NCBI GenBank assembly: GCA_964247055.1
Contig: OZ176051.1
Span: 8,432,001 to 8,496,000, forward strand
From: Paragordius varius
Taxonomy: Eukaryota; Animalia; Nematomorpha
DNA length: 64,000 bases
Direction: 5' to 3'
This document shows, piece after piece, positions 37,917-51,200 of the stretch. The translations under genes were made by a program, and so were the position numbers. The notes below the pieces were generated by a model. It was not told the origin of the DNA. It made no database searches and worked only from the letters and a program-made list of their open reading frames with translations. Within the stretch, counting starts at the first letter, position 1. The number at the start of each line of letters is the position of its first letter.

Positions 37917-39248
37917 TGGATATTTTTAAATTTGAGCAACTAAATTAGAAAATTAAGTAATATTTAAATTAATATTTATTATTTAAATATTTTTTTATTT
38001 ATTTTTTCGGGATATTTAAATATATATGATTAGGCGTAAGCGCCACTTCATTACAGTGTTTTAAGCAATTAAATTGTAAATTATATATTAGAGGAAAAAA
38101 TATACTTATCACTATGATTATGAAAATAATGGTTTTTTGACAATTTATAATCAATTTCGTTGATTATGACTACGCCTCTAGAGATAAGTAATAACGTGGT
38201 ATTACTGTATATCAGAGCAGATTTGTTTCTAAACTATTAGCTACTCGGTTTAATGATAAATCTATTGATTTAGACTCATAAGAACAGGTACTGCTTTAAT
38301 CTCAGGAGCCAGAGAGTTGGACTTAAGCAATCTCAAAATGTTTTTTCTAAAACGGGTATTTTTGCTAAAACGTCTCTGTAATGCCAACTAAAAATTAGTT
38401 TATGTAAAATAATAATAAGACCCACAAACCACTCACTATTATAATTATTCAACATATCATAGATAAAAATTATATTTATTTATATCAATATATCGAGTAT
38501 TTATTTTTAGTTTTATTTTTGATTGCTTTAACGACTTCATTTTATCCCTGACTATATTGCAGAAGCACAAGTTTGGTATACAAATGAATTACTTACTTAT
38601 CATCATATCAGTTTAGGGAAATCATAGTAGGAAGTTATAAAAAAATTTACGAGTTTTTGTGTTTTTACCTTTGTATTGTTAATTTTATGGATTGTTTTTA
38701 TATCTCACCGCCTTGTTTTATTGAACCATAATTATCTGAAATGGTTTACATTTAAACCCACTGGCTAGATTACCTTATATACAATTTATAGATCATAAAT
38801 TGGCTTACGTACTATCGTTCGATACCTAATATTTTTAACGGACAAAAAAGATGAATATGCAACTACTTATCAAACCATTTTAGTTATTCTATTGCAAAAT
38901 TGCCCAATTTTGGCGTGCCCAACTATAAAAATTAAACTAAAGTATGGATATTCATGATTTATTGTGTTTAAAAATTCCAAAATTAAAAAGCAGTTGTATA
39001 TAAAACAGCGGGGTAATATATTTTCAAGTCAAACAGCTTTAAAATTAAATTTGTAAACATTTATAGATGAAACATAAAAAATGAAGGAAAAGTTTGAAAA
39101 AACAATAATTTAAAAATAATTAACTGGGGATAGAATTGCACAGTGTTGTATATTATTATTATCATATTTTTAAATATTCTTATATTTATAGATGTAATGT
39201 ATATTTTATAAAATAATTTAAAATTCACTTTCAAATGCATGAAAACAT

Positions 39249-42200
39249 TTAATCTGGTGTTTTATGATGAATTAATGTTCCCATTTTAACTGGATTTTGT
39301 GGTTGTTTTTTGGTCTTTTTATTACTTTCAAACTCATGATATTCCGGAACTCCATTTTCAGAATCGCCGATTTTTGATTTCGATTCCATTAAATTACTTG
39401 AACCGTTAGATTGGAAATTGGTTATCATATTATCTTTTTTACCATCTACAACATATACAATCTTTTTACGCGGATTGCCATCCAATATTTCATTGTCGCT
39501 CTGGGTAAACTCTCTTTTTGATTCGTCAGATGTGACAAACTTACAATCATTGTCTGATACACTATCAATGGCTGATAGGGGTTTGGAGTCGTCTGAAAAG
39601 TGATTGTTGCCATTGAAATGATGGGTGTTTTTGATAGTCTCTCTGTTTTTCTGCATATTATGATTTTTCGAATTGTTTTCATACATTTGGTTGGAATTAT
39701 TTCCCTCGGAATATTTATCGCCATTAAAATCATTGCTGATATGGTTGTTGAGTGCTAGATTTGAATGATTATGAGTTGGAGCGGAAAAATTATTGACACT
39801 GTTTTCTTGTAAACCATAATGCGAACCATCAATTGTGCTATATATATTTTCTTCGGGAAGGAGGGAAGATGTTTTATTCATACAATCAGATGGTGCCTTA
39901 TCTGTTTTATCATGCATAAAATTGTTGTTTGGTTCATCATATATGATTGGGACGCTATAATTACTTTCCGTACCAAATCCACTCAAACCCAAAACAGACG
40001 AATTTAGACTGCAGCGAGAATCGCTTAATTCACTTGGTCGATAGTAGGAGGAAATGGAACTTGCGTTTAAATTATCATTACCATTTGGTAGGTTATTATT
40101 AATCTTTGTGCTAAACGAATTCAAAGATGTCGTTTCATTATTTGAGTTTCGAATTAAATTGTTTAAGTATGGTTGTTGAACCGTTTTAACAGTTAATGGT
40201 TTTTCAGGGTGAGTGCTCAAATTTTCTTTGCCTGACCACCCAGAATATTGTTTGGTATAAGAGGCAGATTTTTTATTTTGCTTGGCTAACGCCGCTTCAG
40301 CGGCTATTTGTCTTTGAAGGTTAGCAAATTCCTTCCAATAAGTTCCTTTAGTTACATTATTGCTTGCATTTGAGGCCCGCGCACCGACAACCTTACTATA
40401 CACGTTCGAAAAATTATTTTTACCATTTAGGTTTTCAACATCTCCCTTTAATGTTTTCGTGCTGCTACTCATATACTTATTATTGATATGGTTTGATATG
40501 TTATTATTGTTTGATGTTCTGATGGGGATTTTACTTGGACTAGGAAATCCGGTTTCTGCAGAAGCGAGAGTTTGAGTGCTGTAAGAACTAGCAGACGCTA
40601 ATTTAGGCAAAGGTGGGGCTTGGGGTGCTATCAAAAGTTTTTGATTTTCATTATTCAAATTTTTATCGTTGAGATGACTCGAAGCATTGAGTTGGTTTAA
40701 TGATGAGGTGTCATAGTTGATGTCCTCCTTCGAACATCCATTTTGATAATTATGGCCAATGGATACATTGTTCAAATCGTGCCCTACATAAGACTGGCTT
40801 TCCATTTTTGATTGACCGCATTTCATTTCTGTTAGAGGGTTGTAGGATGGGGGAGGTGACACAACATTCAAGGCCCTTGTACTACCAGTTTTCATATCAC
40901 TTTGTTTATATGCATTTAAAGTTGCGGATTCCTGGTTTTGCCAAAAGGCTTTAGGCCCTAAATTCGTATTTTTGTTGGGCAGAGTCGTCGTTGGTAAGAT
41001 ATTAGATTGTTTATTATCATTATTGTTAAAGGACACATCATTGCCAATATCTTGTGAATGGATAGAACATGCTGGTTTCTCATATATGTATGAATTTGCC
41101 TGTTGCTCTTTATCGCTTTCGATATTGTTGGGTACGTGTATATGGTCATATATACGATTAATTTTATCTTTCAAATTTATAATTGTCGCCTGGGTGGGAC
41201 TCATAGTTAAAGCCCTTAGAGTAGCGGGATCATGCACTTTGGCAATCATTTCTTGAGCAGGACTATGAAAACCGTTCATTTCCACGGTTGAAACAATTTG
41301 TTCAGCGGTGACGGATAATTCTTGTTTTTTATTATTTTCTTTAACATCTAAGTCGCCGTTTATTCCCTCTTGTCCATATTTCCATGATAGGTTATTGCAT
41401 GATTCATAGTGATCATTGTTGTAATGATTATTCTGAGGAGCAGTGTCAGCAATATTATTCGTACAATTTAACAAATTATTCTGTGAACTTAGTGGCGACA
41501 TCTCTTTGATAGGACTCAAATTTCCAGACACGGGTGACATAATGGGAGATCGTATGGAGGAAAGCGTGTTAGGTTGTTGACCTGCTTTAATAAACTTTCG
41601 AACTGGTGGTAATGGTATTTGACTGTTAGAGCCTGTAATTCCCTCATTTGCTGATAAAAGAGGCGATTGGGAATGGCTATGACTGCTACGAACCGAAGAA
41701 AGATGTTGGTTGATATCTTGCTGTTGATCTTCAATAATTTTCTCGAATTTATCACGCTTTCCTAAAACATTTCTAATGCCAGAGGGGTTAGGAGAGTCGT
41801 TCTACACATACATATTAAAGTCAAAGAAAAATATTGATATAAGGCTCTATAAGACACAAAATAATTGTTATAAAAAACTTAATTTCCATTTTTGTTTGGT
41901 ATATTAATGAAAAACCTCATCAGCCGGCCTAGAAGCAGATTCTGACACTAAAATTGCTCTGTTAATACTTTGGTTAAGGTAGGAATCTGAACGGGTTGAC
42001 ATGGTAGAAATACGACCACTAGACACGCTTTTCTAATTTAACGATATTAAGAGATTTTTTAAAACTTAATTGAATTAGATTAATCTTGAAGTGGATATTA
42101 GTATGAAAATTTTTTGTTAGATGCAGAAAAATCATTTTGTTTATTAGTATATTGTTACTCTTGTGAAAAGATATACCATGATTATTTATAAAGCACATGC

Positions 42201-45200
42201 AACATTTATTACGAATTTCGGCATTCAAATTATATTAATAAATATTATAGAATTACAATCACTATCTATACATTATGGTATTAAAAAATCAAAAAAAATT
42301 ACATTTTAAAACCCAACCCTCTTCCCATACAAAATTATTGCAAATAATATTACTCTAAATGTCTATAAAATCAAACATTATTTGGTAAATAAATATTTTA
42401 GTTTTTAATTTGTCTGTCCAAAATTATTTTGGCAAAATCATTAATATGTATATATTAGCAAACTATGTATACATTGTCATTTGCACAATCCTTTTTATCC
42501 ATTTTTTCGGAAAGAATATCATTGTCTGTTGTGTGATGTTGGAATATATCATTGAGATTTAAAGGGAGTTTCGACGATGCATAAACATTCGAATTCGATG
42601 GTGTTAAAGTGTAATTTCGTTTTCGTTTTTCGGATATTGTTAGAGACTTTTTCGCATTATTATCTTTATGGTGTGCTCGATGATCCTCCTTACCATTATT
42701 ACATTCTAAGTTATTAACAAAGATATTTTCTCGATAGCTGAGAATATGAGAAGTTGAGGAAGGATGACCATTTGTCAATCCATTAGTTTTTTCTGTTTCA
42801 GTTGTTACATAATTAACTTTGATACTTTGTCTATCAACATTGGCATGATCAGTCGTCATCTTTGGAGTCATTTTGACGCGTTCAACTTTTATTTCATAGG
42901 GTTGTTTCCTATGTACTTCCATGTGAATCAGAGAATTCCCAATAACAGGGGACGATATATTCGTGCCATTAGTTACCAGGTTTTGGTTGTTCAATAGTTT
43001 TTGGCCTTTTAACGAAGTTTTTACAGATACTTCTGGGCTTGTCCGATTGGATCTTAGCGAAAAATTATTGGGAGATTCACTGGGTGACGTGATATAACTT
43101 TGGCTACCACAAGCCATATTGTAATTACTGCTGAAGGTATCATCTTCACAATAGTCTTTTTTTCGTGAACTGCTTAAGTTCAGCTCGCTTGTTTGAGATG
43201 GAGCGGTTTGATAATGTCTATCTATGTGATGGTTATAATTATTGTCACAAATGGTTTCAGGCTTTTCTGGCAAAGTTAGCAAAGGTAATCGCATTGATTT
43301 AATACGTGGATCCTTTACATGATTCGATGCAGACCTACTAGCTTCAATCGGGATCTTAGATCCTATATCGTCCCTACTAGAGCGCCAATTGTCAAGGGAC
43401 CGGCTCATTATATCAATATTTTCGTCATGGTTTATTGTTCCTACGGATTTTTTTCGATTTACATAACTAAATGTATATGGTATATGCGATTTCTGTTGTT
43501 CATATAAGGAGGTCAGTTTATCAAGGGGTTCATCGATTACATTCATACAGCTGCGTGATATATGATCCAACTTTGTTTTGTTACAATTTTCCCAGACATT
43601 GTTTTTTGAGGTGGCTGGATTGCCATTCAAAATTTGTTTGGAGGATTGATAGGTGGAGCGATTGGATAGCTAAAAATTTTGTAATGGCAAAAGCAAAAAC
43701 ATTATTATAAGCATAAAGCGTTAAAAATATAATAAAATTTTGTTAATTTTTGTAACATCCCTTATCAAGCAATAAAACTCTCTATAAAAATAAGCGTGTG
43801 TATAAACTGCAGTGATATTTCGTTTATAAAGCATTTTTGTGCAAAAATTAATCATACTAAGCTGGAATTAATGCCAAAAACTTTAGTCAATTTGGATAGA
43901 GTAAAAATCAAATTTATAAAGAATATTTACCCAATTATATTTAAAATTTATTTTTTACGTTTTGTCTTTATAATTTTATAATTTAGCTGTGGATACCTCA
44001 TCATACCCATTTTTATTATGTTGTAAGCTTAAGATACGGCTAAAAATTGTTTTTAACAAGATCCGTGCATTATTATAAAATGATTAATTTATAGACAAAA
44101 CATGCAAAACATACAAATTACCATTGATGTTAAACTTTGGTTTGAGGGTGAACGTGAGAGTTTTTGGGTCCTGTTTCGTATATATTCTTCAATATCTGTA
44201 ATTTCCTCACGGAGTGCACTAAAATAGAAATATATAATATACAGTTTAGAGTTTTTCTTTTCCCTTTTTTATTAAGGGTAAGCACTTAAATTGTATCCGG
44301 ACATGTAAAGGCTTTAACACTCGCCTGCCCAGGGCAGACAGTGAGGATGAAATTGCGTAGTTTCGGGGTTCAAACTCTGGCACGCAGTGTAAGAGTCTGG
44401 CGTTTTACGTACTATATTATCACGCCTTCACTAAAATAGAAATAATACTAATCAAAAATGCGTTTACTTAGGGCCATGATGAAGCGTTACTCAGTCTCAA
44501 ATTTTACTATGTGAGTCATAAGAAAGAGCCACAAAATACATGTCCTAAATCCATATCCTCCATTTTTTGCCTTATGTTTCTAAAAAAACCCAGTAACAAA
44601 AAAGATCTTAATACCATCTGAAACTTTAAGCCATAGAACGTTTGAGCTAATCGAGCAGTTCACTTGAGTTATTTTTATGCCTACTCTTCAAATTATTTTT
44701 AAGATGATTGATTAAAAATCGGGGGTAATCCTGCATAAATGAAATGAAAATGGCCGCAATCAGGAGATGCACAATATAGCGTTTAATAACAAATAATTGA
44801 TAAATTGTTTTTTGACAATCATTATATTGGATAGAGAAGGTGATATAGGCTGGTCAGATCACTACCTAACGGTCTTAAATAGATGACAGAGTAATCAAAA
44901 TATGAGCCTTTTTATGTTTAAAAGAGTTATGGAAAAAATTCAATTTTGATTGCTTTTAATTCAGATAAATAGGTAGAATCTAAGAAGGAAATATCTTTTT
45001 AACTAGCAAAAATTAACGGAAAGGAACTTGCAATAAAAGCTTCCAGAATTCGACAACGATCATTACATTATAAAACAGACAAATTTAGGTTTTTTACTAT
45101 AATTTAATGAGTAGGGCAAAAATATGTTAAAAGATAAAAAAATTAGCGGTATGTTATCAATGAGTATGCGAAAAAGGGAATAAAACCAATGTTTACAAAA

Positions 45201-48200
45201 TAAATAATTTTACTCTTTGATGGTTAAGATAACTTTGTTTAACTTTCGGCATCGGTTCAAGTTGTTTCGCAATTTTTCCGGTTCAATTTTGATGAATCTT
45301 TAGTTGCAAAAAATTACAAATTCAAATATAATATAAAATATAATATATTTGTAAAAGTTGAGTACAAAAATTTAAACAATATATTTAACTGATTTCTTAA
45401 ACAAAAAAAGCCAAATATCAATTAAATTAAACAGGTTAAATTAAGTTTAATAAACAAATTATATGACATTCCAAAAATGAGTTATTACAAAATGTTACAT
45501 TTGTCGTTCCTTGTTGAAATTTATTTGATTCATGCCATCCGCCGGTGAATTCCGACCACAATCAATTCCAAAAATCAATTTTCTTTCAAGTTTGGTGTAT
45601 CGAGCTATTTTTTTAAAAAAATTTAAAAATTAATAAAAGTTATATGAAATATAATTTCTGTTTTTACAATTACATTTTAAATCAGTGGCAGCCCTGTTGG
45701 CAAAGTTGAGTGCAATGGCGATCGAATCTGCATCCATCTTTTTGTATTCATAATTTACATGTTCCAAATCGTTTTTAAATTCTTCGATTGAAATTTCAAT
45801 GTCACTAATCAATCAATACAATAAAATATATTTTTTGGTAAAAATTTTGTAATTTTTAGCTTTATAATTCGTTTAAATCATATATATAAATGGTAACTAG
45901 AGATAAGAGATGACAGGGCGTTTTAAAAAATTTATTTTTAATAATCCATTTTCATAAAACGCCAAATTTTTTCCATTTATATTTTAAAAGTTCCAAAATG
46001 CTTAATCAATCGTTTTTAAGGTAAATGACATCTATAAATTTTATAGGCCAGATATAATATTTTTATAATTAAAAAAGCTAGTAACAAACCATAACTGTGG
46101 GGATTTTTGAAGACAATTAAAAAAAAGTTGGGAATTACTGCCTGAAAATATTTAGTTTATTAAATTATTGGATACTTATATCAAAACTTAAATTAGATAT
46201 TAGTTCGAAATACTTTTCAAAAGTATTATATAATTCAATACAGTTTTTATGATTTAATGTAAGGCTATTACAAGTTTTTTGAATATTAATTATAAAGTTA
46301 ACCATTTATATAAATTTATTCACTTTACTTTAAATTCCTCCTTAAAATTTCAAATTATATTAAAACACTCACCCTCATAATCACTTACCTAATAATAAAT
46401 TGTGTGTTTTGGGCTAATGTAATCTTACAAATGTGTTTTTGCCCAGAAATACAAATTTAATTGAAAGCTAAATTTGCAAAATTCAAAGGGTATATAAATA
46501 AATTAGAAAGATGTTTAAAAGTATAAAATTGAAGTAAAAAGCTTTAAACTGTCGTAAATAACACATTTATTTGCGTTCGTTTTATATTTTCCAGTTTAAT
46601 CCAATATTTATGAAACACTCCTTAAAATAGTAATTATACTTTAGCGTTTTTTCCAGTTTAGCCATATCATGGCGATAATCTTCGATGTGTTTGAGAAGAA
46701 AAGCAACCTGTCCATCAAAATCCGACATATTTCCTTCATGATCGGTTCCAATATGATCAAAATTATTTTCGAAAACCGCGAAATTGGCTAATGATTGGGA
46801 AATCTTGGGAATAGCATATGACGGCACATATTGGCACACAATCTAATCAAAATTAAAATTAATGTTTATATATGTGCAATTAATTATGTTATTATTTAGG
46901 TTGGGGGGTATAGACCGGTAAAGAAATACTAACAGTTTAAAGGTAACTTTCGCGATCATTAGCCATAATTACTTAAATTTATTTTATACATAAACAAAAA
47001 ATATTTTTTTAAAAAAAGCCCCTTAAGATTTCCAAATTTAATTGGTTTTTTACATTTTGTCAGATTGTTTGTCACATTTTTATAAAAACATTTGTTTTTC
47101 ACATGATAAAAATATGTTTAAAAAAATCATTGATTCATAAAAAGCAGTCATAGTCACATGATTAACACGTCGCTAAATTTTCATTTTTTTGTATGCCATT
47201 TTTGGGTAGTTTTCGACCACAAAAGCTTAAATTTAGATGATCCTAGCGTTTAAATTCAATTAGCTCCAGAAAACTATTGGAACGAATAGCTGATATTATT
47301 AATTAATAACAAAACTTTGCTGGTAAAAGCTTTCCAAATTATTTATATTTTTAAACCCTTTAGAATTATTTGTGTGTTGATAGACGATTTTAAAATTAAA
47401 GAAAAAAATGGCGGTGAATATAATGATTTTTATACAATTTTCACACGCCTAAAAGGCTAAACATGTTATAAAATTGGCCCAATGTTCAAAATATGATTGA
47501 TATTTTAATTAAAAATGACTTGGGGTACCACCCCAAAGGGTAATTAAGTATTAATGTAAATAAAAGTTAAACAAAAATAAAATGTTTCATTTTTTTATAT
47601 ATTTATATAAAATTTGTTCTATATGCCAAACAATTTTATTTTCTTAACTACAATATAAATTTACATTCAATCTTTGTTTCGTTTGATGCATCAAATCCTG
47701 CATATCGTAATTGTAATTTCGAGTACTTTTCTTCAAAAGTTTGAAATCGAATTTAAGTTGCAAGGCTTTATCATGGAGAGTCTTAAGGATCAAAAAGTTG
47801 TTTGGGGCCAATTCATCTAATTAATATCATATAGGTAAATATAGGACTAAAAATATTTGAATAACTTTAACAGTAAATTATCAAATCAGTTAATAACTCA
47901 GATAGATTTTAATTCGAAATACTAGAATTTATTATTATTAAACATTTATTTAAGCATATTTTATTTAAAAGTGTTTAGAATAGAACAGTCACCCGCAAAA
48001 TTATAAAATCATATAAATTACCTCCAAAGTCGACGCTTGTACCCCGTAAAACATTTTGAACCATGGCTGTTAGGGCATTAAGTCGTTTTTCCATTGTCTC
48101 CATTTTCATTCTGAATTTCGCAAACATGTCATAATAAAATTAAAAGATCGTAAGACATTTTTATATAAAAACAGCCAAGTTTTAGAGAGCCTGATTTTTA

Positions 48201-51200
48201 AATTATATTGGTTTTTCATTAAATAGCTTAATTATTATTTTTCAGATTATAGAAACAATTTATATATCGCTAAACCTGAAAAAATTACCAAATATCTGAT
48301 ACCAGAATAGGCAGAATTATATTTTTTGTGATATGTTTCAAATTTAACAAATACTACTGTTTACTGCTAAGTTGATCTGATTTGCCTATCTCCATTTTAA
48401 ACTACTAGCAAATTAAATCCGAATATGGAATATATTATTTAATTTTTAGACGGTTAATAAATTTTATCATTACTTGGAGTCCGAAGATTCCCAACATATG
48501 TCATTGTTAGAAGTTCGATAAATATCATCTTTGCCAGGTGTATTGAATAAATTGCGACTTTCTATTACATAACAAAAATTTAATAAGCAAGATTGCGAAA
48601 AATAATATTTAATTTATTTTTTAACATATTTCATTTGTCCATTTGCACTTACTTAATTTAGCTTCCATCATATCTAAAATCTGTTTTTGTTTGTTGAATT
48701 TGGTGGACATGTTAGCAATATTTTCTTTGGAACTCAGCACTAATTGACCGGCCAACGGGCGTTCAGAAGTATAACGGGTATCAGTACTGTTTATCATACT
48801 ATTACTCAATTTTCTGTCCATATGATAGGGAGATTTGACAATTTGACTAGCATACATAGGGGCGAATTTGTTTATACCATTGTTCCGCTCCTAAATAATT
48901 TTATATATGGTAGATTTATATAAAATTGGCACATATTTTAAGGGTAACTTTCCATTCTTAATTTTATTTACTAATTCATTAAAATGTAACAAATGCAAAT
49001 TCTGGGTTCACAAACAATACTACAAAATTACCGGCGAACTAATTGAACAAATAAACTTTAGTTGTAACTTTTAAAAACAATAATCCAACTAAAATGCGCT
49101 CGACATAAATAAGTGACTATCGACGATAATTTAATCGAAAAATTAGACCAGTTTACCTATCTTGGAGATGTCATAGAGGTCATATAACTGGAGCACTAAA
49201 ACGAATTCAACAAGCGTGGGGTAAAGTTAACTCTCTAAAATTTGTCCTCAAAAATAAAAATGTATCTAACAATAATAAATGGCTAATATACAAAGCAGGT
49301 GTCAGACCAGCTCTTACTTACGCCACCGAAACATGGATCCTAACAAGGCAAATCTTGACAAAATGATAAATACATAAAACAAAATAATTAAAGTTCTGAC
49401 AACAATATCCTTCTTAAACACAAAAATGACACAATAGAAAAGTTTATACAGAAAATCAGACTCAAATACTTGGGCCACATTGAAAGAAGACAAACCCACC
49501 CACTCCAAACCATTTAACACATATAACCTCTGGAAACTACCGCAAAGGACGCCCGACACATTCCTGGAACGAGAATATAAAATATGACATAAAAATATCA
49601 AACCTCGACATTACCAAATGTCTAGACAATGATCTTTGGAATAATATTGCTAGTGGAAATCTTCAATGAAGATAAAAAGCTTTCATCAATCAAGTATTTA
49701 TTTATATTATAGTATAAATTAAAATTAAACCCAGAAAATGTTAAAACTAAACCATACATTTTTAATTGATATATATATATATATATACATAAAATCTCTA
49801 CTCCTTATTTTGGAGCACAATGAGTTATATTTTGATAAATTCAAGGTTTACACAATGTCGTGGCCTTTTTGAAGAATATTTGTATTTTTAACGTTTTATC
49901 TAATTTTTACTTTTATCCTACTCATCAATATTACGTTAATATTATGATTAAAAATTGAAAAAAAACCTTATTGGCACTGTTGGGAGATTGGTTCGTAGGC
50001 AAAATTTTCTTGTACTTCCGACAATCATATTCGGGTTCACTGTAATACGATGCATCTATGAGTTTTGTTGGAGTTTTAGAATAGCTATTTGTCTGTGTCT
50101 CCTTTCCTCCGCTTGTCATGCTATTTTTGTGAAAACTGTTTTCTCGGTAGCCATCACGCTGCAACATATTTTGATTCATAGTACTTGAACAGATTGAAGA
50201 TTTTTCACTCAACATATCTTGATCGGTGTTTGTGATGGTAGAATCAATGGTTGTATCATAGCTTGTAGCTTTTGAATGGGTTCGACTTAAACTGTCAACA
50301 TATGATGGGTAGTTAGTTTCAGTCTGATCCATTTCTGAAGAATGGTGATATGATAATGAAGTGGAGTGAACGGAATCCGGGGTATAGTTTCTCGTATCTA
50401 CAACGGTATCCTTGTCATTTGTATTGTGGTGGACAAGTTTAAGGACAGCTTTGTTGGTTATGTCACTAAAATAGGGGCATTAAAAAATTATCTTAAAATT
50501 TTTCCTTAAAAACGAAATTATTTTAACCAAATAAAACAAGATTAAGATATGTTTTACCTAACATCTTCAAGTTCATAAAAGATTTCTCTGGGATTGTCCA
50601 TATCTTGAATGTAAATGCAACAGTTATAACGCAAAAAATGCATGGTAAATTGGTTGGGGAAGATTTGCATATACGCTTTTCGGATATCATCTAAAGTTGT
50701 CAAATTCTTTTCTGGGGGCGCGAAAGAGTACCGTTTCGTTTCATTTTTATGTTTTAAGTATACTATAGTGGCTATTTTAACACATTAAAAACATAGAGTA
50801 AAATAAATGGACTCGCATAGGTAATGTTGAGTTCGACCGATTATCATCAATATTTTATTTGTTTGTACCTCAGATTCCCTTAATCATTCAAAATTTTGAA
50901 CATATGGTTATAATGTGAATAAGAAATATTAGTGTAAATTGTGAAAACTTTATTTCCATTTTGCTGTTTATATAAAGACACAAACTTAATTTAAAGAAAT
51001 AATTTTCTTTTAAGCTGCTTAACATATGCATTTATTAGTTAAAACCCTAAAAAACTTCATACACACAGTTTTACTAACTACTATTTTTGCACCGCTCAAA
51101 AATTACTTAAACCTCTGCACAAATGCCTTACATTTTGGTTCTTGGAGCCATGAACCTCTCCTATCAAGTGAATGGGAATAAACAGAATTCCTAACAAAAC

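Noticed and set aside
38700-38740. Possible extra 3' exon (DNYGSIKQG) of the SRCIN1-like gene
   Set aside because: No convincing phase-matched donor near the end of the last large exon and no homology support.
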